Of a DNA stretch of 64,000 nucleotides, positions 37,218 through 46,374 are shown one piece after another. Made by a program: the position numbers and the translations under genes. Location of the stretch: the sequence record OZ035760.1. One strand, written 5' to 3'. The stretch is from Tequatrovirus NIC06P2. Every line of letters starts with the position of its first letter. The stretch's first letter is position 1. The notes beneath the pieces were generated by a model. That model had not been told where the DNA came from. It saw only the letters and a program-made list of their open reading frames with translations, and ran no database searches.

Positions 37218-37424
37218 GTTAATTAAGATTTAAAATCCATGAGAGTATTATACTCCGGATAGTTTGTAAACTATTTCAACATCGCCTTTTGCTGCTTTAT
37301 AACCTTCAGCCCAAGATACAACCGAGTTTTTATCCGAAGATTCAAATTCTGGCATTGGGCTTTCGCCAATGTTCACGCAGTATGTTTCTTCATTTTCGTC
37401 GAACCAAATAATTAAAGTAGTCAT
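37218..37424 (-). CDS. Possible small ORF (about 68 aa, MTTLIIWFDENEETY...) absent from track
   Basis: Hand translation with SD GGAGAAATAA; absence from the track suggests I may have a frame error. Confidence 0.25.
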
Positions 37425-37492
37425 TTATTTCTCCGTTTCTGTATTTGTTTTGATAAGTCTATAATAACACCGTCCTTGGTGTTTGTACACAA

Positions 37493-37756
37493 TTATTTCA
37501 TATTATTGAAATATTCTTCTGCGATTTCATCGTTATCATGGTAAACTTTAGAAGACAGTTTAACATAACCTTCGGCAGTGAACATGTTAATCACAACCTT
37601 TACAGTATACCACTGACCATCTTCATTACCCATTACTGCGTAAGTTTCAAACATCGGATGGTCAGGACCGATAACTTTAATATCATTCACTGTACGGCCA
37701 AAATCTTCTGAAACACATTTCATAAAGAAGTTGAACAGTTCGCCGTAATTATCCAT
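37493..37756 (-). CDS. Hypothetical protein (87 aa from MDNYGELF)
   Basis: SD GGAGAA upstream of ATG at 37756; track N-terminus MVLYNYQ is the promoter read as codons. Confidence 0.45.
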   Translation of the reverse strand: MDNYGELFNFFMKCVSEDFGRTVNDIKVIGPDHPMFETYAVMGNEDGQWYTVKVVINMFTAEGYVKLSSKVYHDNDEIAEEYFNNMK

Positions 37757-37800
37757 TTCATTCTCCAAGTTGTTTTTCTGTATCAGTAGTTGATAGTTGT

Positions 37801-37830
37801 ATAGTACCATGGAAGAATAGGGATGTAAAC
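37801..37830 (-). promoter_or_regulatory. T4 early-type promoter (GTTTAC, 18 nt, TACTAT, ACAACTATCAACTAC)
   Basis: Minus strand: TTTTTTCACAAAACGGTTTACATCCCTATTCTTCCATGGTACTATACAACTATCAACTAC. Confidence 0.5.
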
Positions 37831-37961
37831 CGTTTTGTGAAAAAATTTTTTAAAAAGTTTTGGGGAATTCTAGGGCAGGGAGGGGCAATTAAAGGATAGG
37901 ATAATATATTATAAAGGATAGAAACTAAATGATGCCTAGAGAGGCCCAGAAAGGTCTAGAT

Positions 37962-37989
37962 GCCAAAAAGCCCTATCATTTAGATAGGG
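37962..37989 (-). terminator. Rho-independent terminator after IP-like gene
   Basis: CCCUAUCUAAAUGAUAGGG followed by CUUUUUGG on minus strand. Confidence 0.5.
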
Positions 37990-37997
37990 ATTTAAAA

Positions 37998-38561
37998 TTA
38001 TTTGCTTAGTTTAGTTATTATAGCTTCTGCGGCAGCTTTTAGCTTAGATGCGGTGTTAATACGATTTTTAATTTCAGTATACGCATCGCCAAGAACATCA
38101 AGGCTATCAGAATAAACACTTACACTATTGCGTTCGCTATTTGAAATAGAACCTTTAGTTTTACGATCAAAATCGGTATACACGTCTTGAAGATCGCGTG
38201 CTGCCTTCTTTGCATCATCCAATGCATCAAGAGCTTTATTCAAAGCATTAACGTATTTTTTAGTATCGAACATATTCTTAGAAATTTTAACAGGCGCACG
38301 TTCAGGAGTAGCTAAGGCAGATTTAGGAACCTGAGCGCCTGATGCTAATTTCTTAGAAATTTTGAAAAATGCTTTATTGAATTTATTTTCTTGACTCATC
38401 GTAAAAGAACTATTATCAATGTTATACATTTCAATAGCTTTAGCTTTCCACTTAAGAAAATCGCCACGGTCTTTTGGGTCCAAGTGGAAGAATACTTTAG
38501 TAAGATCTGCTTCAGATGGTAATTTTGCTGCTTCGGTTAAAAATTCGGCATAGGTTTTCAT
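37998..38561 (-). CDS. Internal-protein-like protein with capsid targeting sequence (187 aa)
   Basis: N-terminus MKTYAEFLTEAAK; Lys/Ala-rich helical body. Confidence 0.55.
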   Translation of the reverse strand: MKTYAEFLTEAAKLPSEADLTKVFFHLDPKDRGDFLKWKAKAIEMYNIDNSSFTMSQENKFNKAFFKISKKLASGAQVPKSALATPERAPVKISKNMFDTKKYVNALNKALDALDDAKKAARDLQDVYTDFDRKTKGSISNSERNSVSVYSDSLDVLGDAYTEIKNRINTASKLKAAAEAIITKLSK

Positions 38562-38644
38562 TTAAAATCCTTGAAATAATTTATTGGTTATTAATTATTT
38601 ATCACGTTGTTATATGTAACAGCATTCTCCGAGCGATTCAAACT

Positions 38645-38672
38645 AAAAAGCCCCAACCTTTCTGTCGGGGCT
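38645..38672 (-). terminator. Rho-independent terminator (near-identical copy of 39198-39226)
   Basis: AGCCCCGACAGAAAGGUUGGGGCU followed by UUUUUAG on minus strand. Confidence 0.55.
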
Positions 38673-38678
38673 AAAATG

Positions 38679-39152
38679 TTATTTAATTTGCTTAGCAGAC
38701 CAAATGCGGTCTTTGATAATTTTTTGGATGTCTTCAACATATTCAAGAGAGTGAACATGCGGGTTATCTTTGAAACTATAAGCACGAGCTAGCTTTTGGC
38801 CTTCAGTTTTGATTACTAAAAGCTCTTTAAGGATAGCTTCATATTTGGAGATAATTCCTTTAACGATATTTTTCTCTTGTGTGACTTTAGGATCTGCTTT
38901 AGGAGCAGGTTTACCTGAAGCCTTTGCAAAGGCAGCTCCAGTAGCAACTAAACTTTTCCAAGCCATACTAACTGCATTCCCTGTAAATCCTTCGGCTTTC
39001 ATATCACGAGCAAATTGGAATCGTGATTCATCGGAAGCATCTTTATAGGAATATTTACCCGCGGCAATGGCAGCTTTTGCAACAGCTTGAATTTCGGTGC
39101 TAGATGCTTCATTTAACACCGCTTCATTTAAAAATTGAGCATATGATTTCAT
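38679..39152 (-). CDS. Internal-protein-like protein with capsid targeting sequence (157 aa)
   Basis: N-terminus MKSYAQFLNEAV; bracketed by two near-identical terminator hairpins. Confidence 0.55.
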   Translation of the reverse strand: MKSYAQFLNEAVLNEASSTEIQAVAKAAIAAGKYSYKDASDESRFQFARDMKAEGFTGNAVSMAWKSLVATGAAFAKASGKPAPKADPKVTQEKNIVKGIISKYEAILKELLVIKTEGQKLARAYSFKDNPHVHSLEYVEDIQKIIKDRIWSAKQIK

Positions 39153-39188
39153 CTTATTTCCTGTTTTAATTCGGGGTTTTAATATACT

Positions 39189-39196
39189 TATTTATA
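39189..39196 (-). promoter_or_regulatory. Late promoter TATAAATA upstream of IP-like gene
   Basis: Plus TATTTATA is minus TATAAATA, about 37 nt upstream of ATG 39152. Confidence 0.4.
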
Positions 39197-39197
39197 C

Positions 39198-39226
39198 TAA
39201 AAAGCCCCAACCTTTCGGTCGGGGCT
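39198..39226 (-). terminator. Rho-independent terminator closing the tRNA/stable-RNA transcription unit
   Basis: AGCCCCGACCGAAAGGUUGGGGCU followed by UUUUUAG on minus strand. Confidence 0.55.
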
Positions 39227-39231
39227 AAGCC

Positions 39232-39540
39232 TTGCGGCAACCTTGTCGGGGTTCCACCTGCTAAGGCAAGTGTTTGTACGAAACGCCGGGATTCGAACCC
39301 GGTTATTAAGCAGTTGACGCTACTCAATATTTTTAAAAGGCCATATCTCGACCATATCCGAACGTTCCGTCAAAAACGCTACTCGGCTTACGGCAAAGAT
39401 ATTTCCTCGAATCGATAATTCGGTGCGCCGTTTCTGCTGTGATGTAAGAGGGCATTAGCAGATCGTAAAGATTTGTTAATGCCAGTCCTTAAACAGGGAA
39501 CATCAGTCCGACGACTTACCGGTAGCGACCCGGTTTCTTG
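39232..39540 (-). ncRNA. Candidate small stable RNA region (T4 has two stable RNAs of unknown function in its tRNA cluster)
   Basis: About 300 nt with no convincing ORF between tRNA-Arg and the terminator; contains a tRNA T-arm-like GGGATTCGAACCC and short hairpins but no complete cloverleaf. Confidence 0.3.
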
Positions 39541-39542
39541 TC

Positions 39543-39619
<77 letters not shown>

Positions 39620-39622
39620 TAG

Positions 39623-40288
39623 TTAAAATTTCATTTTTCGACCTTTAAACCATCCTTCTGGAATTGGGTCAGTTTTCTTAATACGTTTAGAAACTTTTTC
39701 ATCTAATGAATGAATCCACATCATACCAAATTGGGAATTCTTTTCACCTTTTTGGTGATTATTTTTAGCATGAATTTCTTTCATTTTATTAATAGTTTCA
39801 AGAGTATGATGCTTATTTAAAAATCGGCTATTATTTAAAAATTTTTCTTTGTATTCAGGAGTTGACCACAAACGGTTAAATACATTTGAACCATTTTTAC
39901 GATATTTTTCTTGAAGTAAAATATCATTTTTAAAACGTGACTTAAACGATTTAGCTCCTTTTAAACTAGCGTCTTTCTTCTGATTTAGCATCTCAGGAAT
40001 ATTTATATGATCCCATCCACCTTCACCGCCAAGTTTTAAATTATACACATCAGGTCTATTTAAAAACTCTTCTGTGACAATATTTTTCTCGGCTTCAAGC
40101 ATAGATTCTTTATCATCAAAATACTCTAATATTTCTTTAGAAAAATTTTCTATGCCATACTTATCTTGGGCTCTTTTTAATAATTTACCAGAACCCATAT
40201 ATCCATCATCTAAATTTTCGGTAGAATGCACACCAATATAAATTTTATTATTAATTTTATTTGTTATTTTATAAAGATAAAAATGCAT
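39623..40288 (-). CDS. segB: GIY-YIG homing endonuclease SegB-like, embedded in the tRNA cluster
   Basis: MHFYLYKITNKINNKIYIGVHS...GYMGSGK GIY-YIG motif; T4 segB lies in the tRNA cluster; track N-terminal extension overlaps a tRNA so start set at 40288. Confidence 0.7.
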   Translation of the reverse strand: MHFYLYKITNKINNKIYIGVHSTENLDDGYMGSGKLLKRAQDKYGIENFSKEILEYFDDKESMLEAEKNIVTEEFLNRPDVYNLKLGGEGGWDHINIPEMLNQKKDASLKGAKSFKSRFKNDILLQEKYRKNGSNVFNRLWSTPEYKEKFLNNSRFLNKHHTLETINKMKEIHAKNNHQKGEKNSQFGMMWIHSLDEKVSKRIKKTDPIPEGWFKGRKMKF

Positions 40289-40334
40289 ATCAGTCCCTAA
40301 TAAAGAACTGAGCGTCTCACGACGAGTCATAAAT

Positions 40335-40421
40335 TGGTGGGGAGTGGTGGAGTCGAACCACCCGAGTCGCAATGACAATGGATTTACAGTCCACACCGCT
40401 ACCTCTACGGGATAACTCCCC
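40335..40421 (-). tRNA. Class II tRNA with anticodon GUA (tRNA-Tyr-like), 87 nt, CCA encoded
   Basis: Hand-folded: acceptor GGGGAGU/ACUCCCC (7 bp), anticodon stem GUGGA/UCCAU, loop CUGUAAA, long variable arm, T-arm GGUGG-UUCGACU-CCACC; anticodon loop identical to E. coli tRNA-Tyr. Confidence 0.6.
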
Positions 40422-40430
40422 TAATTAATT

Positions 40431-40507
40431 TGGTGACCCAGACCAGATTTGAACTGGTAACCTTTCCCTTATGAGGGGACTGCTGCTAACCATTGAGCTA
40501 CAGGGCC
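40431..40507 (-). tRNA. tRNA with anticodon CAU (T4 tRNA-Ile type, reading AUA after modification; tRNA-Met not excluded)
   Basis: T-arm ACCAG-UUCAAAU-CUGGU, acceptor about 6 of 7 bp, anticodon loop CUCAUAA; CCA encoded. Confidence 0.65.
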
Positions 40508-40508
40508 T

Positions 40509-40584
40509 TGGTGCTGATTGACGGAATCGAACCGCCGACCTTCTCATTACAAGTGAGTTGCTCTACCTACTGAGCTAAATCAGC
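40509..40584 (-). tRNA. tRNA-Thr (UGU)
   Basis: Acceptor GCUGAUU, D-arm GCUC-AGUAGGUA-GAGC, anticodon loop CUUGUAA, T-arm GGCGG-UUCGAUU-CCGUC, CCA encoded. Confidence 0.8.
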
Positions 40585-40586
40585 AA

Positions 40587-40673
40587 CGGAGGCGATAGGA
40601 TTTGAACCTATGAGTCGCCGGAGCGACTGCCGGTTTTCAAGACCGGTGCATTAAACCACTCTGCCACGCCTCC
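40587..40673 (-). tRNA. tRNA-Ser (UGA), class II, CCA not encoded
   Basis: Acceptor GGAGGCG/CGCCUCC, anticodon stem-loop CCGGU-CUUGAAA-ACCGG, long variable arm. Confidence 0.8.
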
Positions 40674-40675
40674 AG

Positions 40676-40749
40676 TCTCCGTGGCAGGATTTGAACCTAC
40701 GACATTCTGCTCCCAAAGCAGACGCTCTACCAAACTGAGCTACACGGAG
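40676..40749 (-). tRNA. tRNA-Pro (UGG), CCA not encoded
   Basis: Acceptor CUCCGUG/CACGGAG, anticodon stem-loop UCUGC-UUUGGGA-GCAGA. Confidence 0.8.
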
Positions 40750-40759
40750 TAAATTAAAT

Positions 40760-40833
<74 letters not shown>

Positions 40834-40838
40834 AAATT

Positions 40839-40925
40839 TGGTGCGAGAAGTGGGACTCGAACCCACAAGGAAATCATTCCGCAGCATTTTAAGTGCTGTG
40901 CCTTTACCAATTTGACCATTCTCGC
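40839..40925 (-). tRNA. tRNA-Leu (UAA), class II
   Basis: Acceptor GCGAGAA, anticodon stem-loop CAGCA-CUUAAAA-UGCUG, T-arm GUGGG-UUCGAGU-CCCAC, CCA encoded. Confidence 0.8.
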
Positions 40926-40926
40926 G

Positions 40927-40999
40927 CTGGGAATAAAGGACTCGAACCTTTGCATCTAGCAGTCAAAGTGCTATGCCTTACCAACTTGGCTAATTCCCA
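40927..40999 (-). tRNA. tRNA-Gln (UUG)
   Basis: Acceptor UGGGAAU/AUUCCCA, anticodon stem-loop UAGCA-CUUUGAC-UGCUA, T-arm AAAGG-UUCGAGU-CCUUU. Confidence 0.8.
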
Positions 41000-41096
41000 A
41001 TTATTAACAAAGGCTCTCAAGCAAGAACCCTTGATGATAGAGGGTATTAATCAGTGCGGTATGAGTTAATAATAACAAATAATTCTTAAAGCATAT

Positions 41097-41384
41097 TTAC
41101 CATTTATGATGATACATACTTACGATGCATTCAAGACCTAAAGGATTCTTGAAAATATCATATTCAAGAGGACCTTTTTCTGTTTCAATAAAGAAATCAA
41201 AATTTACTGTATTAAATTTACGGTCTTCCTTTACTAATTTAACTTGAGAAGATGAACGGTCAATGTAAACCTTTTCAACTTCAAAACATGTTAAAACGCC
41301 ATAATCATCAATCAAGGCTTTAGCTGCTTCTTGATCATATTTATATCCATTTTCAATGGATGATACTTTCGCATAAAGAATCAT
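41097..41384 (-). CDS. Hypothetical protein (95 aa)
   Basis: ORF upstream of tRNA cluster. Confidence 0.5.
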   Translation of the reverse strand: MILYAKVSSIENGYKYDQEAAKALIDDYGVLTCFEVEKVYIDRSSSQVKLVKEDRKFNTVNFDFFIETEKGPLEYDIFKNPLGLECIVSMYHHKW

Positions 41385-41386
41385 TA

Positions 41387-41800
41387 TCAGCCTCTATCAA
41401 CGATAGTATGAGTATGGGCATTTACGATTTGCCACCAGTCGAAACGATTGGAACCATAATCTGCTGGTTTATTTTCATTTTCTTTAATGATATCACGCAG
41501 TTTATCTTCTGTTTCAGCATACGCAATTAAATCATCATATCCACCACAAGGATAATAATTATCACCTGCGAATAAAAGAAAATTTACCTTAGATGGATTT
41601 ACGTAATAATGGTCTTTAGGATATTTAGTTCCTCTACAATCAGTTACTTCAACATAACGATAAGAAAATCCATTTTTACTTTCAATCCAACTCCACGCTT
41701 CAAAAGGAGTATTAAAAACTTTATCAGGTATTAAATTACCTTCAAAATGAGAAGGATTTGCATAATCCCCGGCATAAACATAATATTCGTTAATACTCAT
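41387..41800 (-). CDS. Hypothetical protein (137 aa), Tyr/Trp-rich
   Basis: ORF abutting the next gene. Confidence 0.5.
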   Translation of the reverse strand: MSINEYYVYAGDYANPSHFEGNLIPDKVFNTPFEAWSWIESKNGFSYRYVEVTDCRGTKYPKDHYYVNPSKVNFLLFAGDNYYPCGGYDDLIAYAETEDKLRDIIKENENKPADYGSNRFDWWQIVNAHTHTIVDRG

Positions 41801-41986
41801 TTATTCACCTTTAGAAATTTTATCCATAACGATAGCGATTAAACCAATTAAAAATGCTACTACAAGTGAAAACACATTTTCTGCTGTAGTTAATAATCCG
41901 CATATAAATCCAGCAAACATTGAAAAACTAAAAGCGGAAGCAGAAATTGCAATAGCAACATTTCGAATTAATTCACAACGTTTCAT
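41801..41986 (-). CDS. Small membrane protein (61 aa)
   Basis: Two hydrophobic helices; SD GAGGAG upstream; early promoter immediately upstream. Confidence 0.5.
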   Translation of the reverse strand: MKRCELIRNVAIAISASAFSFSMFAGFICGLLTTAENVFSLVVAFLIGLIAIVMDKISKGE

Positions 41987-42014
41987 TTTATTCTCCTCAG
42001 TAGTTGATAGGGTA

Positions 42015-42044
42015 ATAGTATCACCACCCTATCTAAAAGTAAAC
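42015..42044 (-). promoter_or_regulatory. T4 early-type promoter (GTTTAC, 18 nt, TACTAT)
   Basis: Minus strand: AAGTTTACTTTTAGATAGGGTGGTGATACTATTACCCTATCAACTAC. Confidence 0.5.
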
Positions 42045-42278
42045 TTATTTTTTACGAAAAATTGATTTATTTTCTGCTGCCCATTTTTCAATAACTGCAG
42101 CCGGACCAGTAACAACAATTTTATCACCGTAATCTTCTGCGGCGAGTTGACCGAAATTATCTAATGCATCACGAAGAACTCCATGAGGCATTTCACCCAT
42201 TTTATCTTTCTTGCCAGTGTAAATAAACTCAACTTTTACATCAGAAGATTCAGCGATAAATTCTTTAAACGTTTTCAT
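42045..42278 (-). CDS. Internal-protein-like small protein (77 aa) with capsid targeting sequence; T4 ipI position
   Basis: N-terminus MKTFKEFIAESS; located between the tRNA cluster and 57B as ipI is in T4. Confidence 0.55.
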   Translation of the reverse strand: MKTFKEFIAESSDVKVEFIYTGKKDKMGEMPHGVLRDALDNFGQLAAEDYGDKIVVTGPAAVIEKWAAENKSIFRKK

Positions 42279-42308
42279 TTTATTTTCCTAATTAATTTTG
42301 ATGAGGTA

Positions 42309-42338
42309 ATAGTATCACTACCTCATCAGCATGTAAAC
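42309..42338 (-). promoter_or_regulatory. T4 early-type promoter (GTTTAC, 18 nt, TACTAT)
   Basis: Minus strand: CACAAAGTTGTTTACATGCTGATGAGGTAGTGATACTATTACCTCATCAAAAT. Confidence 0.5.
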
Positions 42339-42350
42339 AACTTTGTGAAA

Positions 42351-43047
<697 letters not shown>

Positions 43048-43048
<1 letters not shown>

Positions 43049-43773
43049 TATAGTACCTTTAGTGTATTTTTAATTTTAGAAAAAAGTTCTTCAAGAGAAC
43101 CATCGTTTGTAATTACTAAATCGCCATCACGAATTGGCAATCCAGCTTCTGTAATATGTGTATCATTGGATTTTTGACCAGGACGAACTACATGAATTAC
43201 TGTAGCACCCATCGCCCTAGCCGCATCCATTTCATGATCTTGACGAGTATCAGGAACGATATAATAATCATAACCTGAGTTAAATTTATCAAGATAATCT
43301 AAAGCAAATAATTTTACCCAGTACATGCGATCGAAGTTATTAACAATCAAATCCGTACCTAGGGCTTGCATCAGACGACGGACTGACCATTGATCTTCAA
43401 TATTATTTATAACGTCAATAATCTTGTTAAATGCTACGGAATTAACTGATTCTTGTCCTTCGTCATCAAAAACAAACACACCTTTAATTGGGCTTTTACC
43501 ATTAAGATAGCAAAATGCTTGTTCCATAATCGTGATTACTTCTGATTTAGTCAGATTTAAATTAGTCTCACGATCATAGTCAATTCCTTCAAACTCTTTA
43601 CGAGTTAAGCAAGGATAGTCAGTGTTTTCTGCAAATACGCCCCATGCATAAGCCAATGCATCCTTAATAGGACCAGCAAGTTGGTATTTAACTGCAGAAT
43701 AATTGCTCATGATAAAATCAGCAGTAGTATCTTTTCCACTACGCTTTACACCGCTTAAAAAGATTAGTTTCAT
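43048..43773 (-). CDS. 1: Deoxynucleoside monophosphate kinase (gene 1)
   Basis: 241 aa from MKLIFLSGV; P-loop GVKRSGKD; SD GAGGAG upstream. Confidence 0.88.
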
Positions 43774-43822
43774 GTGTTTCTCCTCAAATTTAATTAAGAT
43801 TATAACACACAAAACTGAAGCA

Positions 43823-44353
43823 TTAAACTTCTGCTATAATTTTTCCATCTTTTTCTACTTGAAAATAGGTGTAAGGAATCGTTGCAGTACATACTAAAGC
43901 CGGGTCTGAATCTTCCGTATAGCTAAATTCTACTTCAGATAGGTCAGAAACCCAAGGCTTATAAAAATTTATTGACATCACGATTTCAGTTTTACTATTA
44001 TCTAAAATGTAAAGCGTAATGTATTCAGGGCCTGTTTTTTGGGCAGTATTTTCACCTGTAAGATAGTTGCTAGTTCCTAGCATCCATTCATACATTCCTA
44101 TCCACGACTTAAGTTCTTCATCAACTATAAATCTCACAACGAGTGGATCATACTCAAATGTAACACCTGGACGTTGTGCTCGACCCAGGCCAAATGGCCC
44201 AGTCACGGTATCAGTAACAGGTATTCTAATTCCTGGAATAGGAACTGACTGAGCATTTAAAGTAAAAGCAGATGTAGTATTACTATGCGGTATTGATACT
44301 ACAAAGTTAGTTGTATTTGCTTGGTTAAAAATTTGTTGCAGAGCTTGCGACAT
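43823..44353 (-). CDS. 3: Tail tube terminator / tail completion protein gp3
   Basis: 176 aa from MSQALQQIFNQ; SD GAGGAA; synteny 1-3-2-4. Confidence 0.8.
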   Translation of the reverse strand: MSQALQQIFNQANTTNFVVSIPHSNTTSAFTLNAQSVPIPGIRIPVTDTVTGPFGLGRAQRPGVTFEYDPLVVRFIVDEELKSWIGMYEWMLGTSNYLTGENTAQKTGPEYITLYILDNSKTEIVMSINFYKPWVSDLSEVEFSYTEDSDPALVCTATIPYTYFQVEKDGKIIAEV

Positions 44354-44459
44354 ATATTCCTCATAATGCTTTATAACTGTTGGTGGTATAATGGGTCTAA
44401 GTCCCTTCCATTCAATTCCATTTAGAACAAACAACAGAAAAGAATGGAAGATAATAGAA

Positions 44460-45284
44460 TTAGATATTTGACCAGACTTTGTTTGCAGAGAAACGTTTTC
44501 CTTTTGAAACGAACTGCTGAAGTGGCATCAACACAACGTTCGCCCAGTCTTTCGGGGCGATTTCAACAAGGCTACCCATAATATTACCGGGTATATATGC
44601 CTTAATCATTTGGTCTGCACCCCTAAATCCTTTCACTTGACTCCAATCAATTTTTAATTTCGTTTTATTAGTAATAGTAGGTGTATTTGAGTATTGCTTT
44701 AAAAGCTCTTCTAGGAATTGCTGACGAGCTTTAGGTGGAATATAGTGCAAGTTTAATCCGTACATTAAATTATGCTTACCTAAACCAAGATAAATTATCA
44801 AAGGAAATTTATCCCAGTAAGGAAGAGTTTCCTTGTGTTTAGCATCGTAAGCAAAAGCATATATTCGTCCCGGCTGTGGGCGAACAACTTTATGTCCTTT
44901 TACTTGCTTAATAGTTTCAGCAAACCACTTTCTGGTTTTATTATTAATTGCTGCGCCTTCATTACGAATTTTATCACGCAATGTTTGCCTGAATGAATTT
45001 ATCATAAGCAGTTGTCTTTCTTGCTTATTGAGTTTATTCATTGGTTTTGATTCAAGCTTTTGAATCTTTTCAGCCGTTTTAATTCCTGAAGCATATTTTG
45101 ACATTGCCGAAGTAAACGTGGAGTATTTGATTCCTCTTTCTTCAGCAAATTGCTTTCCTGTCATTCCTTTTGCTTTGGCCTTTTTATACTCAAGACCTAT
45201 CTGAATCCATTTCTTTTCGTTTAATGATTGCTTAACCTTTGGAACTTGGGGAGTGCTTTCATTAATTATTTGAAAAATAGCCAT
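44460..45284 (-). CDS. 2: DNA end-protector protein gp2
   Basis: 274 aa, same length as T4 gp2; ATG overlaps gene 4 stop. Confidence 0.85.
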   Translation of the reverse strand: MAIFQIINESTPQVPKVKQSLNEKKWIQIGLEYKKAKAKGMTGKQFAEERGIKYSTFTSAMSKYASGIKTAEKIQKLESKPMNKLNKQERQLLMINSFRQTLRDKIRNEGAAINNKTRKWFAETIKQVKGHKVVRPQPGRIYAFAYDAKHKETLPYWDKFPLIIYLGLGKHNLMYGLNLHYIPPKARQQFLEELLKQYSNTPTITNKTKLKIDWSQVKGFRGADQMIKAYIPGNIMGSLVEIAPKDWANVVLMPLQQFVSKGKRFSANKVWSNI

Positions 45285-45736
45285 TATGCCCCCTTAAAGC
45301 CAAGAGCTCGTAATCCATCTTCTGTTAGAATTCTAAATTTTATTCCACGCTTTTCAGCTAAAGATTGTGCTGCTTTCCATTTGTCGGTATTAACGGAATA
45401 TGTATAAATTTCATTCATAAATCTTTTCTTCGCTGCGGTTGTTAGATGCGCTGGTTTAACTGGTGGTTGTGTTTCTTTTTTAGGTTTTATTTCAATAAAA
45501 AATTCTTGTCCAGAAGAATCTTTCATCCAAATATCCATGAAGTATCTACGTTTTTTCCCTTCTGCATTACAAAAATAAGGAATTACTGCTGTTTCACTAC
45601 CCCATGCAATAATTTCTGGATTTTTATCTAACCATTCAAAAAAGAATTTTTCCCAATTTGATCTATACGTAATTTTTTTAGGGTCACCTCTATACTTTGA
45701 TATATTTTTAGGAACCCATTTTCCAGAATATGCCAT
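45284..45736 (-). CDS. 4: Head completion protein gp4
   Basis: 150 aa, same length as T4 gp4; divergent from gene 53. Confidence 0.85.
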   Translation of the reverse strand: MAYSGKWVPKNISKYRGDPKKITYRSNWEKFFFEWLDKNPEIIAWGSETAVIPYFCNAEGKKRRYFMDIWMKDSSGQEFFIEIKPKKETQPPVKPAHLTTAAKKRFMNEIYTYSVNTDKWKAAQSLAEKRGIKFRILTEDGLRALGFKGA

Positions 45737-45747
45737 TGGATTCTCCT

Positions 45748-45755
45748 TATAAATA
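45748..45755 (+). promoter_or_regulatory. Late promoter TATAAATA for gene 53
   Basis: Exact TATAAATA about 29 nt before ATG 45784. Confidence 0.55.
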
Positions 45756-45762
45756 GATAATA

Positions 45763-45770
45763 TATTTATA
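45763..45770 (-). promoter_or_regulatory. Divergent late promoter TATAAATA for gene 4
   Basis: Minus-strand TATAAATA about 27 nt upstream of ATG 45736. Confidence 0.5.
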
Positions 45771-45783
45771 AACAGGAGGGCCC

Positions 45784-46374
45784 ATGCTCTTTACATTTTT
45801 TGATCCGATTGAATATGCGGCCAAAACGGTGAATAAAAACGCGCCGACTATTCCTATGACAGATATTTTTAGAAACTATAAAGACTATTTTAAACGCGCT
45901 CTTGCGGGATACCGCTTACGTACTTATTATATCAAAGGTTCACCCCGCCCAGAAGAATTAGCAAATGCTATATATGGAAATCCGCAGTTGTATTGGGTTT
46001 TATTGATGTGTAATGATAATTACGATCCGTATTATGGATGGATTACTTCACAGGAAGCTGCTTATCAAGCATCTATACAAAAATACAAAAATGTAGGTGG
46101 AGACCAGATAGTATATCATGTGAATGAGAACGGTGAAAAATTTTATAATTTAGTATCATACGATGATAATCCATATGTTTGGTATGATAAAGGCGATAAA
46201 GCTAGAAAATATCCTCAATATGAAGGAGCACTTGCTGCTGTTAATACGTATGAAGATGCTGTTCTTGAAAATGAAAAACTTCGTCAAATAAAAATAATAG
46301 CAAAATCAGACATTAATTCATTTATGAACGACCTTATACGTATAATGGAGAAATCTTATGGAAATGATAAGTAA
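45784..46374 (+). CDS. 53: Baseplate wedge protein gp53
   Basis: 196 aa, same length as T4 gp53; SD GGAGGG. Confidence 0.9.
   Translation: MLFTFFDPIEYAAKTVNKNAPTIPMTDIFRNYKDYFKRALAGYRLRTYYIKGSPRPEELANAIYGNPQLYWVLLMCNDNYDPYYGWITSQEAAYQASIQKYKNVGGDQIVYHVNENGEKFYNLVSYDDNPYVWYDKGDKARKYPQYEGALAAVNTYEDAVLENEKLRQIKIIAKSDINSFMNDLIRIMEKSYGNDK

Noticed and set aside
39278-39369. Possible tenth tRNA around the T-arm-like GGGATTCGAACCC
   Set aside because: An acceptor stem can be forced, but the 92-nt span lacks a recognisable D-arm and anticodon arm; treated as part of a stable-RNA candidate instead.
40289-40396. N-terminal extension of the segB ORF
   Set aside because: Overlaps the tRNA-Tyr-like gene and precedes the GIY-YIG motif; start placed at the Met before FYLYKITNK.
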